A stretch of DNA of 64,000 bases. Source: an uncultured Anaerolineaceae bacterium. Its GTDB lineage: Bacteria > Chloroflexota > Limnocylindria > Limnocylindrales > CSP1-4. Position 1 is the first letter of the stretch; each line of letters starts with the position of its first letter. Positions 25,354 through 34,592 of the stretch are shown here, piece by piece. Position numbers and translations under genes: made by a program. The notes beneath the pieces were generated by a model. The model did no database searches and was not told the origin of the DNA. It saw only the letters and a program-made list of their open reading frames with translations. The stretch is from contig CAZOHT010000007.1 in assembly GCA_964579825.1 (NCBI GenBank), forward strand, positions 3,540-67,539, read 5' to 3'.

Positions 25354-26627
25354 TCGGGCGGGACTCCCTGCCGATCTCGCGCCTGTCGGCGTCGCGCGGC
25401 GCGACGGCGTTCCGGCACCGGAACTACCGCATCTTCTTCGCCGGTCAGGCCGTGTCGCTCGTCGGGACGTGGATGCAGCAGGTCGCCCAGGCCTGGCTCG
25501 TCCTGGAGCTGACCGGCGACCCGATCTGGCTCGGCATCGTCGCCGCGGCGCAGTTCATCCCGGTGATGATCCTCGGCCTGTTCGCCGGGGTCGCGGCCGA
25601 CGCCCTGCCCAAGCGCGAGACCCTCATCGGCACCCAGGTCGTGATGATGACCCTCGCGGTGATCCTGACCATCCTCACCGTGACCGGCCTCGTGCAGGTC
25701 TGGATGATCCTCGTGCTCGCGATCCTGCTCGGGTGCGCGAACGCGGTGGACATGCCGGTCCGCCAGTCGTTCGCCATCGAACTCGTTGGGCGCGAGGATG
25801 TCGGCAACGCCGTCGCCCTCAACTCCGCGATGTTCAACGGCTCGCGCATCGTGGGCCCGGCACTCGCCGGCCTGACCATCGGCGCATTCGGTGTCGCCGC
25901 GGCGTTCGCGGTGAATGCCCTGAGCTTCCTCGCGGTCATCGTCGCGCTGCTCATGCTGGACGACACGACCCTGCGGACGCGGCCGCGCATGGCGACCCCG
26001 CACTCGGCCGGTGAGGTCATCGACAACCTCGTCGAGGGCCTGCGCTACGTCCGCCAGACACCGCTCGTGCTGCTGGCCGTCCTGGTGGTCGGGGCCGTGG
26101 CCACGTTCGGCATGAACTTCAGCGTCCTCATCCCGGCCTTCGCGGCCGACGATCTCGCGAGCGGCGCCGCCGGGTATGGCTTCCTGATGGCGGCATCGGG
26201 CGTCGGATCGCTCGTCGCCGCGTTGCTGCTCGCATTCCGCGGCAAGCCGCGGGCCAGTCGCATCGCGACCGGCGCGGTCATCCTGGGGCTCGCCTCCATG
26301 GCGATGGCGGCCACGACCATGTACGCCGTCGCCCTCGTCCTGATGATCCTCATCGGCTACGGTGGCATCTCCATGGCGGCCACGGCCAACGCCACGATCC
26401 AACTGGCCGTGCCGGACCAGCTGCGAGGTCGCGTGATGAGCGTCTACACCACGATCTTCGCCAGTTCCGCCCCGATCGGCGGGCTGCTGATGGGCGCCAT
26501 CGCGTCCGGGTTCGGGCCGGCCGTGGCGATCGGGATCGGCGGGATCCTGAGCGGCCTCGTCGGACTCGCGGCCGGCGTCTGGCTGCGCGGCCAGCGCGCG
26601 TCCGCCCAGGTGCCCGTGGCGGTCTGA
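25350..26627 (+). CDS. MFS transporter (EntS/MFS_3-like)
   Basis: 425 aa with about 12 TM helices, translationally coupled to merR (GTGA). Confidence 0.85.
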   Translation: MIGRDSLPISRLSASRGATAFRHRNYRIFFAGQAVSLVGTWMQQVAQAWLVLELTGDPIWLGIVAAAQFIPVMILGLFAGVAADALPKRETLIGTQVVMMTLAVILTILTVTGLVQVWMILVLAILLGCANAVDMPVRQSFAIELVGREDVGNAVALNSAMFNGSRIVGPALAGLTIGAFGVAAAFAVNALSFLAVIVALLMLDDTTLRTRPRMATPHSAGEVIDNLVEGLRYVRQTPLVLLAVLVVGAVATFGMNFSVLIPAFAADDLASGAAGYGFLMAASGVGSLVAALLLAFRGKPRASRIATGAVILGLASMAMAATTMYAVALVLMILIGYGGISMAATANATIQLAVPDQLRGRVMSVYTTIFASSAPIGGLLMGAIASGFGPAVAIGIGGILSGLVGLAAGVWLRGQRASAQVPVAV

Positions 26628-26632
26628 CGACC

Positions 26633-27553
26633 ATGATCGTCGTCGCCGGCGAGGCCCTCATCGATCTCATCCTCCACCCGGACGGCCGGCTCGCGGCCAT
26701 CCCGGGCGGGGGCCCGTACAACACGGCGCGGACCATCGGCCGGCTGGGCGGCGATGTCCGATTCCTCGGACGGCTGTCCGACGATCGGTTCGGGCAGACC
26801 CTGGCCCGCGGTCTCGCGGTGGACGGCGTGGACGTGTCGGCGATCATCCGCACGGAGGCCCCGACGACGCTGGCCATCGCCGAACTCGACGAGGGCGGAG
26901 CGGCGACCTACCGCTTCCACACGGCCGAGACCGCGGCGCCGGAGCTCACACCCGACGATGTCGATGCGGCGCTGGCGACGACCCCCCAGGCGTTCCACAT
27001 CGGCACGCTAGGCCTCGTCCTCGAGCCGATCGCTTCCTCGCTGGGCGATGCCGTGACGCGCCTCGGCCAGGACACCCTGCTCATGGTGGATCCCAACTGT
27101 CGCCCGACGGTCATCCCGGACCGCGAGGCCTACCTGGCCCGCCTGTCACCCATCCTCGCCCGCGCCGATGTCGTCAAGGTCAGTGCGGATGACCTCGCGT
27201 TCCTGGCGCCCGGTCCGACGGCGCTCGATGGCGCCCGCGGCCTGGTCCGGGCCGGCGCCCGTCTCGTCCTGCTGACCGACGGCGCGCGCACCGTCTGGCT
27301 GGTGACAGCCGGCTTCGACGCCGAGCTTCCGGTCCCACGGGTGGACGTCGTGGACACCGTCGGCAGCGGCGATGCGTTCGGCGGCGCCTTCCTGGCCTGG
27401 TGGATCGAGCACGGACTGGGCCGCGCCGATCTGGCCGATCGGACCGTCGTCGAGGCGGCGGCCGGGGCGGCGATCTCGGTCGCCAGCCTTACCTGCCAGC
27501 GCCCCGGCGCCGATCCGCCCACCCGAGCCGAGGCCGGCTGGGTGGCGCGCTGA
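26633..27553 (+). CDS. PfkB family carbohydrate kinase
   Basis: 306 aa with an N-terminal GG dipeptide region (..IPGGGPYNTA..) and the signature ..DTVGSGDAFGGAFL.. Confidence 0.85.
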   Translation: MIVVAGEALIDLILHPDGRLAAIPGGGPYNTARTIGRLGGDVRFLGRLSDDRFGQTLARGLAVDGVDVSAIIRTEAPTTLAIAELDEGGAATYRFHTAETAAPELTPDDVDAALATTPQAFHIGTLGLVLEPIASSLGDAVTRLGQDTLLMVDPNCRPTVIPDREAYLARLSPILARADVVKVSADDLAFLAPGPTALDGARGLVRAGARLVLLTDGARTVWLVTAGFDAELPVPRVDVVDTVGSGDAFGGAFLAWWIEHGLGRADLADRTVVEAAAGAAISVASLTCQRPGADPPTRAEAGWVAR

Positions 27554-27579
27554 GCCGACCTGCGGGTACGCTGTCGCCC

Positions 27580-28563
27580 ATGTTCCGTACCATCTCGCCC
27601 ATGCCCCGACGCGTCCGCCTGCTCCTGCCGACCCTCCTGGCCCTCGTCGCGCTGACATCGCTGGCGCCCAGCGCGGCTGCGTTGACGGTCGTCTATCCCA
27701 CCCTGAGCCTCGGGAATCGCGGCGCGGACGTTCGAGCGCTCCAGGCGACGCTGATCGACAAGGGCTACCCGCAGACCTTCGACGGCATCTTCGGGACGGT
27801 GACGCGCGACGCGGTCAAGGGCTTCCAGAGCACGCACGGCCTGACGGTCACCGGGGTCGCGGACAGCCTGACCTGGAACCGGATGCTCACGCCGGTCTCG
27901 ACGGGGAGTACCGGCATGCCGGTCCGGGTCCTCCAGCGCCAACTCATCGAGAAACTGGGGGCGAAGGTCCCGGTCGATGGCATCTATGGCACGGCCACCC
28001 GCGCCGCCGTCATCGCGTTCCAGAAGCACATGGGCCTGACCGCGAACGGGATCGTCGGCCTGCAGACCTGGCGTTGGCTCCTATGGCACTACGAGCGACC
28101 CTCGTTCAATCAGACGACGTTGTGCGACTACAGCGTCGGCAACGGTCCGGCGAACTGGGGCGTCGGGTCGGCCATCGGGCAGCTGGAGGGGGCGGCGTCG
28201 ATCGTCGCGACCGGCGGCTACGGCCGGGTCGCCGTCGGCGACGTCGGGTTCGAGCACGGCGGGGACATCCCTGGCCACATCTCCCACGAGGTCGGGCTCG
28301 ACGTGGACGTCCGGCCCATGCGCAAGGACGAGCGGCAATGCAGCTGGGGGACCAACTGGCGGCATTCCACCTACGACCGGACCGCCACGCGCGTGCTCAT
28401 CCGGGCGATCCGGGCGGCCGCGCCCGGCCACGTGAAGCTGATCTACTTCAACGATCCCGTGCTGATCGAGCAGGGCCTGGTCCGGGCGTACCCCGGCCAC
28501 GACGACCACCTGCACATCCGCTACTGCGTGACCGGCTTCGCGGATCCCGCCTACCGCTGCTAG
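27580..28563 (+). CDS. secreted LAS-superfamily Zn peptidase (MepA/VanY-like) with two peptidoglycan-binding domains
   Basis: 327 aa from ATG 27580 with a signal peptide and two PG_binding_1 repeats (..DGIFGTVTRDAVKGFQ.. and ..DGIYGTATRAAVIAFQ..). Metal ligands are ..HISHEVGLDVDVR.. and ..HDDHLHI.. TACGCT lies 7 nt upstream of the ATG. Confidence 0.75.
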   Translation: MFRTISPMPRRVRLLLPTLLALVALTSLAPSAAALTVVYPTLSLGNRGADVRALQATLIDKGYPQTFDGIFGTVTRDAVKGFQSTHGLTVTGVADSLTWNRMLTPVSTGSTGMPVRVLQRQLIEKLGAKVPVDGIYGTATRAAVIAFQKHMGLTANGIVGLQTWRWLLWHYERPSFNQTTLCDYSVGNGPANWGVGSAIGQLEGAASIVATGGYGRVAVGDVGFEHGGDIPGHISHEVGLDVDVRPMRKDERQCSWGTNWRHSTYDRTATRVLIRAIRAAAPGHVKLIYFNDPVLIEQGLVRAYPGHDDHLHIRYCVTGFADPAYRC

Positions 28564-28575
28564 TTGGACGGGGCG

Positions 28576-29106
28576 TCAGGCCCCGTCGGACTCGTCGTTC
28601 TCCGCCTCGGCGAGCGCATCCTCGAGCTCGTCCTCCATCGCGTCGACTTCGGGCTTGGACGAGAAGATCGCGATCCCGCCGAAGATGTTGAAGCCGTCGA
28701 CGGTGAGACGCGGCGCATCCGGCGCTCGATCGAAGGCGGGTCGCACGTCCGCGCAGCCGCCGAAGACACTGATCATGGCCAGTTCGACGTTCCAGGTCTC
28801 GGGGACGATCAGCCGCCCGCCACCGAAGATGGCCCGGATGGTCAGGTGAGCGCCACCCGGATCGAGGCGAACGCCGCGCAGGTCGAGGTCACCGCCGCCG
28901 TACCAGAGCAGGACGCTGCCGCCGCGGAACGCGGTCGCGTGGCTCTCGAATTCGACCGGCGCGAGGATGGCGGTGATCGCCACCTCGTCGTCCGCATCCG
29001 TGCCGACCGACGGGAAGCGGCGCTTCGCCACGGCCGCCCCGACCAGGCTCGACCCGAACGCCAGGACCAACCCGCCGAAGACGAGCCTGAACAGTCGACC
29101 GATCAC
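28576..29106 (-). CDS. LiaF/DUF2154-like membrane-anchored protein
   Basis: 176 aa with an N-terminal TM, then a Gly-rich beta-repeat region (..WYGGGDLDLRG.., ..IFGGGRLIVP.., ..VFGGCADV.., ..IFGGIAI..) and an acidic tail. Confidence 0.5.
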   Translation of the reverse strand: MIGRLFRLVFGGLVLAFGSSLVGAAVAKRRFPSVGTDADDEVAITAILAPVEFESHATAFRGGSVLLWYGGGDLDLRGVRLDPGGAHLTIRAIFGGGRLIVPETWNVELAMISVFGGCADVRPAFDRAPDAPRLTVDGFNIFGGIAIFSSKPEVDAMEDELEDALAEAENDESDGA

Positions 29107-29159
29107 CGCGCCACCTCCCTGGAGCTTCGCGCGCGACGGGGCGTCGAAGCCTGAGTACC

Positions 29160-30695
29160 ATGATGCACGCCATGTCCACCGAGTCCCGGGTCCCTGTCAT
29201 CCCGAGCGCCCAGGGCGCTGCATCCAGCTGGGGCTTCGGCGACGGCCAGGCGATCCCGTGGGAGTATGCGCCGGCCCCCGAGGCGCGTGACATCGTGACG
29301 CTCAAGGAGCGCTACGGCCTGTTCATCGGCGGTCGCGACGTCCCGGCCTCGGACGGTGGCACCTTCACGTCCGTGGATCCCGCCACGGAACTCGCGCTGG
29401 CCGACGTCGCGAAGGCGACCCCGGCCGACATCGACAAGGCGGTCCGTGCGGCCCGGCGTGCCGGCAGCCGGTCCTGGGGCAACCTCCCCGGCCGCGAGCG
29501 CGCCAAGTACCTGTTCCGTATCGCCCGGATCCTGCAGGAGCGGTCGCGCGAGTTCGCCGTCCTCGAATCGATGGATTCCGGGAAGCCGATCAAGGAGAGC
29601 CGGGACGTGGACGTGCCGCTCGCCGCGTCCCACTTCTGGTACTACGCGGGCTGGGCGGACAAGCTCGAGTACGCGTTCCCGGGCCGGACGGCCCATCCGC
29701 TGGGTGTCGCCGCGCAGATCATCCCGTGGAACTTCCCGCTGCTCATGCTGGCCTGGAAGATCGCCCCCGCGCTGGCCGCCGGCAACACGGTCGTCCTGAA
29801 GCCCGCGTCCACCACCCCGCTGACCGCCCTGCTGTTCGCCGAGGTGTGCCGTGAGGCGGACCTGCCGCCCGGTGTCGTCAACATCGTCCCCGGGCCCGGG
29901 GCGGTGGGGATGTCCCTGGTGACCCATCCCGGCGTGGACAAGGTCGCGTTCACGGGTTCGACCGAGATCGGCCGGCTCATCGCCAAGGGCGTGGCCGGGA
30001 CGGACAAGGGCCTGACGCTGGAGCTCGGCGGCAAGGCCGCCAACATCGTGTTCGACGACGCGCCTCTGGACCAGGCGGTCGAGGGCATCGTCAACGGCAT
30101 CTACTTCAACCAGGGCGAGGTGTGTTGCGCCGGGTCGCGCCTCCTCGTCCAGGAGTCCGTCGCGGACACGCTGATCGACAAGCTCAAGGACCGGCTGTCC
30201 ACGATCCGGGTGGGGGACCCGCTCGACAAGAACACGGACGTCGGCGCGATCAACTCGCGCTCGCAGCTCGAGAAGATCACCGAACTGGTCCAGAGCGGCG
30301 TCGACGAGGGCGCCGAGCTGTACCAGCCGGCCTGCGACCTGCCCGAACGCGGCTACTTCTTCCGCCCGACGCTGTTCACGAACGTCGCCCAGAGCCACCG
30401 GATCGCGCGCGAGGAGATCTTCGGGCCGGTCCTGTCCGTGCTCACGTTCCGGACGCCGGACGAGGCGGTGGAGAAGGCCAACAACACGGCGTACGGCCTG
30501 TCGGCCGGGATCTGGACCGACAAGGGCAGCCGGATCCTGCACATGGTGTCGAAGATGCGGGCCGGCGTGGTCTGGGCCAACACGTTCAACCGGTTCGACC
30601 CGACGTCGCCGTTCGGCGGCTACAAGGAGTCGGGCTTCGGGCGCGAGGGCGGGATGCACGGGCTGTACGCCTACGTCCGCCTGGAGGACCGCTGA
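29160..30695 (+). CDS. NAD(P)-dependent aldehyde dehydrogenase
   Basis: 511 aa with ..ELGGKAANIVFDDA.. (catalytic Glu) and ..FNQGEVCCAGSRLLV.. (catalytic Cys). Confidence 0.9.
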   Translation: MMHAMSTESRVPVIPSAQGAASSWGFGDGQAIPWEYAPAPEARDIVTLKERYGLFIGGRDVPASDGGTFTSVDPATELALADVAKATPADIDKAVRAARRAGSRSWGNLPGRERAKYLFRIARILQERSREFAVLESMDSGKPIKESRDVDVPLAASHFWYYAGWADKLEYAFPGRTAHPLGVAAQIIPWNFPLLMLAWKIAPALAAGNTVVLKPASTTPLTALLFAEVCREADLPPGVVNIVPGPGAVGMSLVTHPGVDKVAFTGSTEIGRLIAKGVAGTDKGLTLELGGKAANIVFDDAPLDQAVEGIVNGIYFNQGEVCCAGSRLLVQESVADTLIDKLKDRLSTIRVGDPLDKNTDVGAINSRSQLEKITELVQSGVDEGAELYQPACDLPERGYFFRPTLFTNVAQSHRIAREEIFGPVLSVLTFRTPDEAVEKANNTAYGLSAGIWTDKGSRILHMVSKMRAGVVWANTFNRFDPTSPFGGYKESGFGREGGMHGLYAYVRLEDR

Positions 30696-31663
30696 TGCCG
30701 CCGCGCAAGCCGGCCGCCGCCGCGTCCCGGGCGAGGGTGCGGGCCGCGTCGCGGGCCGTGGTGGAGGTGCCGGTCGCGACGCCGCGGATCGAGGTCCGCA
30801 AGACCTACAAGCTGTACATCGGTGGGTCGTTCCCGCGAACCGAGAGCGGCCGGTCGTACCTGGTGTCCGGGGCGGACGGCACGGCCCTCGCCAACGCCTG
30901 TCGCGCCTCGCGCAAGGACCTGCGCGAGGCGGTCCGGGCCGCGCGCAAGGCGTTCCCCGGTTGGGCGGACCGGACGGCCATGAACCGCGGCCAGATCCTG
31001 TACCGCGTCGCAGAGCTCATGGAGGGTCGGCGCGATCAGTTCATCTCGGAGGTCGCCGCGGCCGAGGGGCTGTCCCGACCTCGCGCCACGGCCGCCGTGG
31101 ACCGGGCCATCGACCGCTGGGTCTGGTACGCCGGCTGGGCCGACAAGATCGCCCAGGTCCTGGGGTCGTCGAATCCGGTCGCCGCGCCGTACTTCAACTT
31201 CACGATCCCCGAGCCGACCGGCGTCGTCGGGATCGTCGCGCCGGAGACGTCGTCATTGCTGGGGCTGGTCAGCCGGCTGGCGCCGCCGCTCGTGTCGGGG
31301 AACACGGTCGTGCTGGTCACGTCGGAGAAGCGTCCACTGCCGGCCGTGACGCTCAGCGAGGTCCTCGCCACGTCCGACGTGCCCGGCGGTGTCGTCAACG
31401 TCTTGACGGGCCTGCGCTCCGAGCTGGTCCCGGTGCTGGCCGCCCACGAGGACATCGACGCGCTCGACACCTGGGGCGTGCCCGACGCGATGCGCCTGGA
31501 CACGGAGCTGGTCGCCCTCGACGACATCAAGCGCGTCCTGCGCCGCCCCACGACGGTGTCCGAGGCGCGTTTCGACTGGTCGGACGATCGCGCCGCCCAG
31601 CGACCGGAATGGATCGCCGCCTTCCTCGAGATGAAGACGGTCTGGCACCCGATCGGAGTCTAG
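30695..31663 (+). CDS. aldehyde dehydrogenase-like protein lacking the catalytic domain
   Basis: 322 aa from ATG 30695 (ATGA-type overlap with the ALDH stop). It aligns with the ALDH N-terminal/NAD-binding half (..YKLYIGG.., ..IVAPETSSLLG.., ..PGGVVNVLTG..) and keeps an ALDH-like C-terminal strand (..FLEMKTVW..). No ELGG or catalytic Cys segment is present. Confidence 0.7.
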   Translation: MPPRKPAAAASRARVRAASRAVVEVPVATPRIEVRKTYKLYIGGSFPRTESGRSYLVSGADGTALANACRASRKDLREAVRAARKAFPGWADRTAMNRGQILYRVAELMEGRRDQFISEVAAAEGLSRPRATAAVDRAIDRWVWYAGWADKIAQVLGSSNPVAAPYFNFTIPEPTGVVGIVAPETSSLLGLVSRLAPPLVSGNTVVLVTSEKRPLPAVTLSEVLATSDVPGGVVNVLTGLRSELVPVLAAHEDIDALDTWGVPDAMRLDTELVALDDIKRVLRRPTTVSEARFDWSDDRAAQRPEWIAAFLEMKTVWHPIGV

Positions 31664-31666
31664 GAC

Positions 31667-32134
31667 GTGGCGGATCCCGGAGACATCGAGCGACGGGTCT
31701 TCGTCCATGCGCCGCCGCGCATCGTCTGGGCGACGCTCCATGACCCGGCCCTGAGCGAGCGTCTCTTTCCCGAGGTCCGGTACGGGCCGGCGGCTCCCGC
31801 CTGGCCCGCCGCTGCCACGACCCGCTCGGTCGTGACCCGGATGGGCCTGCTTCGCGAGTCGGCCTGGGCGGAGAGCCTGGAGGCCCGGCCGGAGTCGCGC
31901 TTCCGCCTGCGCGTGACGGGCTCCGGGTTCGATAGCGAGTGGTCGTGGGTCCTGGAGCCGGTCGCGGGCGGGACGCGGGTCATCCACGCGGCCACCTTCG
32001 AACCATTCGATCGCTGGACCGGCATCCTGGTGCGGCTCGGCCGTGCCTCGCTGGCCAGCCGGGTCGAGGCCCATCTCCGCGCGCTCAAGGAGTCCGCGGA
32101 GGCCCCTTCCGATTCGTCCAACCACGCCGCGTGA
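31667..32134 (+). CDS. SRPBCC (START/cyclase-dehydrase-like) family protein
   Basis: 155 aa (..IERRVFVHAPPRIVWATLHDP..). Confidence 0.6.
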   Translation: MADPGDIERRVFVHAPPRIVWATLHDPALSERLFPEVRYGPAAPAWPAAATTRSVVTRMGLLRESAWAESLEARPESRFRLRVTGSGFDSEWSWVLEPVAGGTRVIHAATFEPFDRWTGILVRLGRASLASRVEAHLRALKESAEAPSDSSNHAA

Positions 32135-33366
32135 GCCGCCGCCTCGGCCCAGACGGCGACCCCTTCCCGGTCCGCGGTGACGACGAGGGCGACGGCACAT
32201 CCGAGGTCCCGTTCGCCGGCCTACGACGCCACGCGGGCGCCCTGGCCGGTGGGCTGCTCATCATCCTGGCGATCGTCTTCCTCGTTCCTGACCTGACCCC
32301 GCCACCGTCGGGTCCGCCGCCGGTGGAGCTCCATCTCGGGCGGATCGTGGAGTTCCTGCCGCCCGGCGATGACCAGACGGCGCCCGACGTCAGGGTGGAG
32401 ATCCTCGCCGGCGAGCTCAAGGGCGAGATCCTCGACGGCTACCTGCAGGGACCGTCCGGACAACAGGAGCTGCCCCGCTACCAGGTCGGCGACGCGGTCG
32501 TCGTCAGCGCCTCGGCCGAGCCCGACTCGACCTTCATCGCCGTCGCGGACCTGTATCGGATCCCCGTCCTGGCGCTGCTGCTCGCGATCTTCGCGGCAGC
32601 CGTCACGATCGTGGGTGGCTGGCGGGGCGTGCGCTCGCTCATCGCGTTGGCGCTGACCCTCGTCGTCGTCATCAAGCTCGTCGTGCCGCTCATCCTGGCC
32701 GGCTACGAACCGGCCCTCATCGCCATCCTCGCCGCGACCGGCGTCACGATCGTCACGTTCCTGCTGACCGAGGGCGCCCGGATGACGACCGCGGCCGCGG
32801 CCATCGGGACGTTCGTGGCGCTCGCCCTGGTCGCCGTCCTGGCCGTCACGTTCGATGAGCTCGCGCGGTTCACCGCCCTGCGCGGCTCGGAGGACGCGGC
32901 GTACCTGCAGGGGCTCGGCATCGAGGGGCTGGACCTGGGCGGACTGATCCTCGCCGGCATCATCTTCGGGGCCCTGGGCATCCTCGACGACGTCACCGTG
33001 ACCCAGGCCGCGACGGTCGGGGAGCTGCACGAAGCGGACCCGCGGGTCAGCCGGCTGGAGCTCGCGAAACGATCGATGAACGTGGGCCGGTCGCACATCG
33101 CGGCGACGGTCAACACGCTCGTCCTGGCGTATGTCGGCGCGTCGCTGCCGCTCATCGTCCTGTTCGCGGCCGGGCGGCAGGATCCGCTGCTGATCGCTTC
33201 GAGCGAGATCGTCGCGGTCGAGATCGTCCGGGCGATCGTCGGCAGTATCGGGATCGTGGCCGCCGTGCCACTGACCACCGGCGTCGCGGTCCTGCTGGTC
33301 GGACGTGGGGTGGCCATCCGACCCGGCCGCCGTTCGGGAGCCACGCGCGCGCCCGGCTGGGATTGA
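32131..33366 (+). CDS. YibE/F family membrane protein
   Basis: 411 aa from GTG 32131 (GTGA overlap). It has an N-terminal soluble domain then about 6 TM helices, with the ..LGILDDVTVTQA.. motif. Confidence 0.7.
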   Translation: MSRRLGPDGDPFPVRGDDEGDGTSEVPFAGLRRHAGALAGGLLIILAIVFLVPDLTPPPSGPPPVELHLGRIVEFLPPGDDQTAPDVRVEILAGELKGEILDGYLQGPSGQQELPRYQVGDAVVVSASAEPDSTFIAVADLYRIPVLALLLAIFAAAVTIVGGWRGVRSLIALALTLVVVIKLVVPLILAGYEPALIAILAATGVTIVTFLLTEGARMTTAAAAIGTFVALALVAVLAVTFDELARFTALRGSEDAAYLQGLGIEGLDLGGLILAGIIFGALGILDDVTVTQAATVGELHEADPRVSRLELAKRSMNVGRSHIAATVNTLVLAYVGASLPLIVLFAAGRQDPLLIASSEIVAVEIVRAIVGSIGIVAAVPLTTGVAVLLVGRGVAIRPGRRSGATRAPGWD

Positions 33367-33369
33367 GGC

Positions 33370-34257
33370 GTGGATCCGCTGATCATCGGCCTGGTGGCCG
33401 CGTCCGCGCTGCTGCACGTCGCCTGGAACGTGCGACTCAAGACGGCCGGGGACCCGCTTCGCGCCGCGACGATCGGGATGGTCGCAGGGACGGTCTTCAT
33501 CGTGCCGGTGGGCGTCGGGTCGTGGCTCCTGGCCGGCTCGCCGGCGCTTCCGGTCGAGGGCATCGCGCTGGGACTGGCGTCAGGCGTGTTCGAGGCCGCC
33601 TATTTCGTCCTGCTCGCCCAGGCATACCGGCGCGGGGACCTCTCGATCGTCTATCCGATCGCCCGTGGGACGGCACCGTTGCTCCTGGTCGCGGTCGGCG
33701 TGGTCGTGCTCGGGGAGCGCCTGGGGCCGGCCGGCTGGCTGGGCGTGACCTTCCTGCTCGCTGGGTTCCTGGCCCTGCAACGACCGTGGCAGGCGCTCCG
33801 ACGGCCACCCGGCGAACGGCGACCGGATGCGGCCATCGCGTTCGCCATCGCGACCGGCGTGATGATCGCCGGGTACACGTCGCTGGATCGAGTCGGGACG
33901 AGGCTCATCGAGCCGTTCCAGTACGCCACGATCCTGTGGGTGTCGGGGGCGGTCCTGCTGGTCGTGTGGGTCCAGGTCGTCGCGGGCGGCGGCCTGTGGT
34001 CCGGCGGACGAGAGCAGAACCGGCGGGCGGCCGTCGGCGGTGTCCTGACCCTCCTCGCCTACCTGTTGATCCTGTTCGCGCTGAGCGTGGCGCCACTCAC
34101 GGCGGTCGCGCCGCTCCGCGAGTCGGCGACGGTCATCGTTGCGACCTGGGGGGCCGTGCGTCTGGGTGAGGCGGCCTCCCGTGGGGATGCGACCCGCCGG
34201 ATCGCTGCGTCGGCGGTGATCGTCATCGGAGCGTTGCTGCTCGCCCTGGACGGATAG
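33370..34257 (+). CDS. EamA/DMT family transporter
   Basis: 295 aa with 10 TM helices and duplicated EamA halves. Confidence 0.8.
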   Translation: MDPLIIGLVAASALLHVAWNVRLKTAGDPLRAATIGMVAGTVFIVPVGVGSWLLAGSPALPVEGIALGLASGVFEAAYFVLLAQAYRRGDLSIVYPIARGTAPLLLVAVGVVVLGERLGPAGWLGVTFLLAGFLALQRPWQALRRPPGERRPDAAIAFAIATGVMIAGYTSLDRVGTRLIEPFQYATILWVSGAVLLVVWVQVVAGGGLWSGGREQNRRAAVGGVLTLLAYLLILFALSVAPLTAVAPLRESATVIVATWGAVRLGEAASRGDATRRIAASAVIVIGALLLALDG

Positions 34258-34307
34258 GGCTCAGGCACGGGCGAACGGGGGCCTGGCCGCGCGGACGGTC
34301 GCGCCGC

Positions 34308-34360
34308 GGGTCACGCGGGTCGGCGGGGCGGTCGGCGGGTCACGCGGGTCGGCGGGGCGG
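34308..34360. repeat. 24-nt unit GGGTCACGCGGGTCGGCGGGGCGG repeated twice with a 29-nt period
   Basis: Exact copies at 34308-34331 and 34337-34360. Confidence 0.9.
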
Positions 34361-34394
34361 GCGGCTCTCTCCGGGCCGGGTCGGCTGCCGGCAC

Positions 34395-34563
34395 CTTCAC
34401 CCCTTCGATATCGACGCCATCGCTACGCGGGCAACGAGCGGCCGGCCAAGGCCCCGTCGACGGTCCGCGCGTACCTCCCCCACGCTTGGGCGTCCTCGCG
34501 GATCGCGGCGTCGAGGACCTTAGGTGCCCGATAGGCCCGCTGGTAATGATGGTGTCGATATCC
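34395..34563. repeat. roughly 170-bp palindromic intergenic element, family A, with GATATCGACRCCATC inverted termini
   Basis: The left end is CTTCACCCCTTCGATATCGACGCCATCGC and the right end is ATGATGGTGTCGATATCC. The interior arms pair imperfectly. The termini are homologous, in inverted orientation, to 41529-41695. Confidence 0.7.
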
Positions 34564-34592
34564 AACGGCTCAGCGGGGCGAACGCCTTGGGC

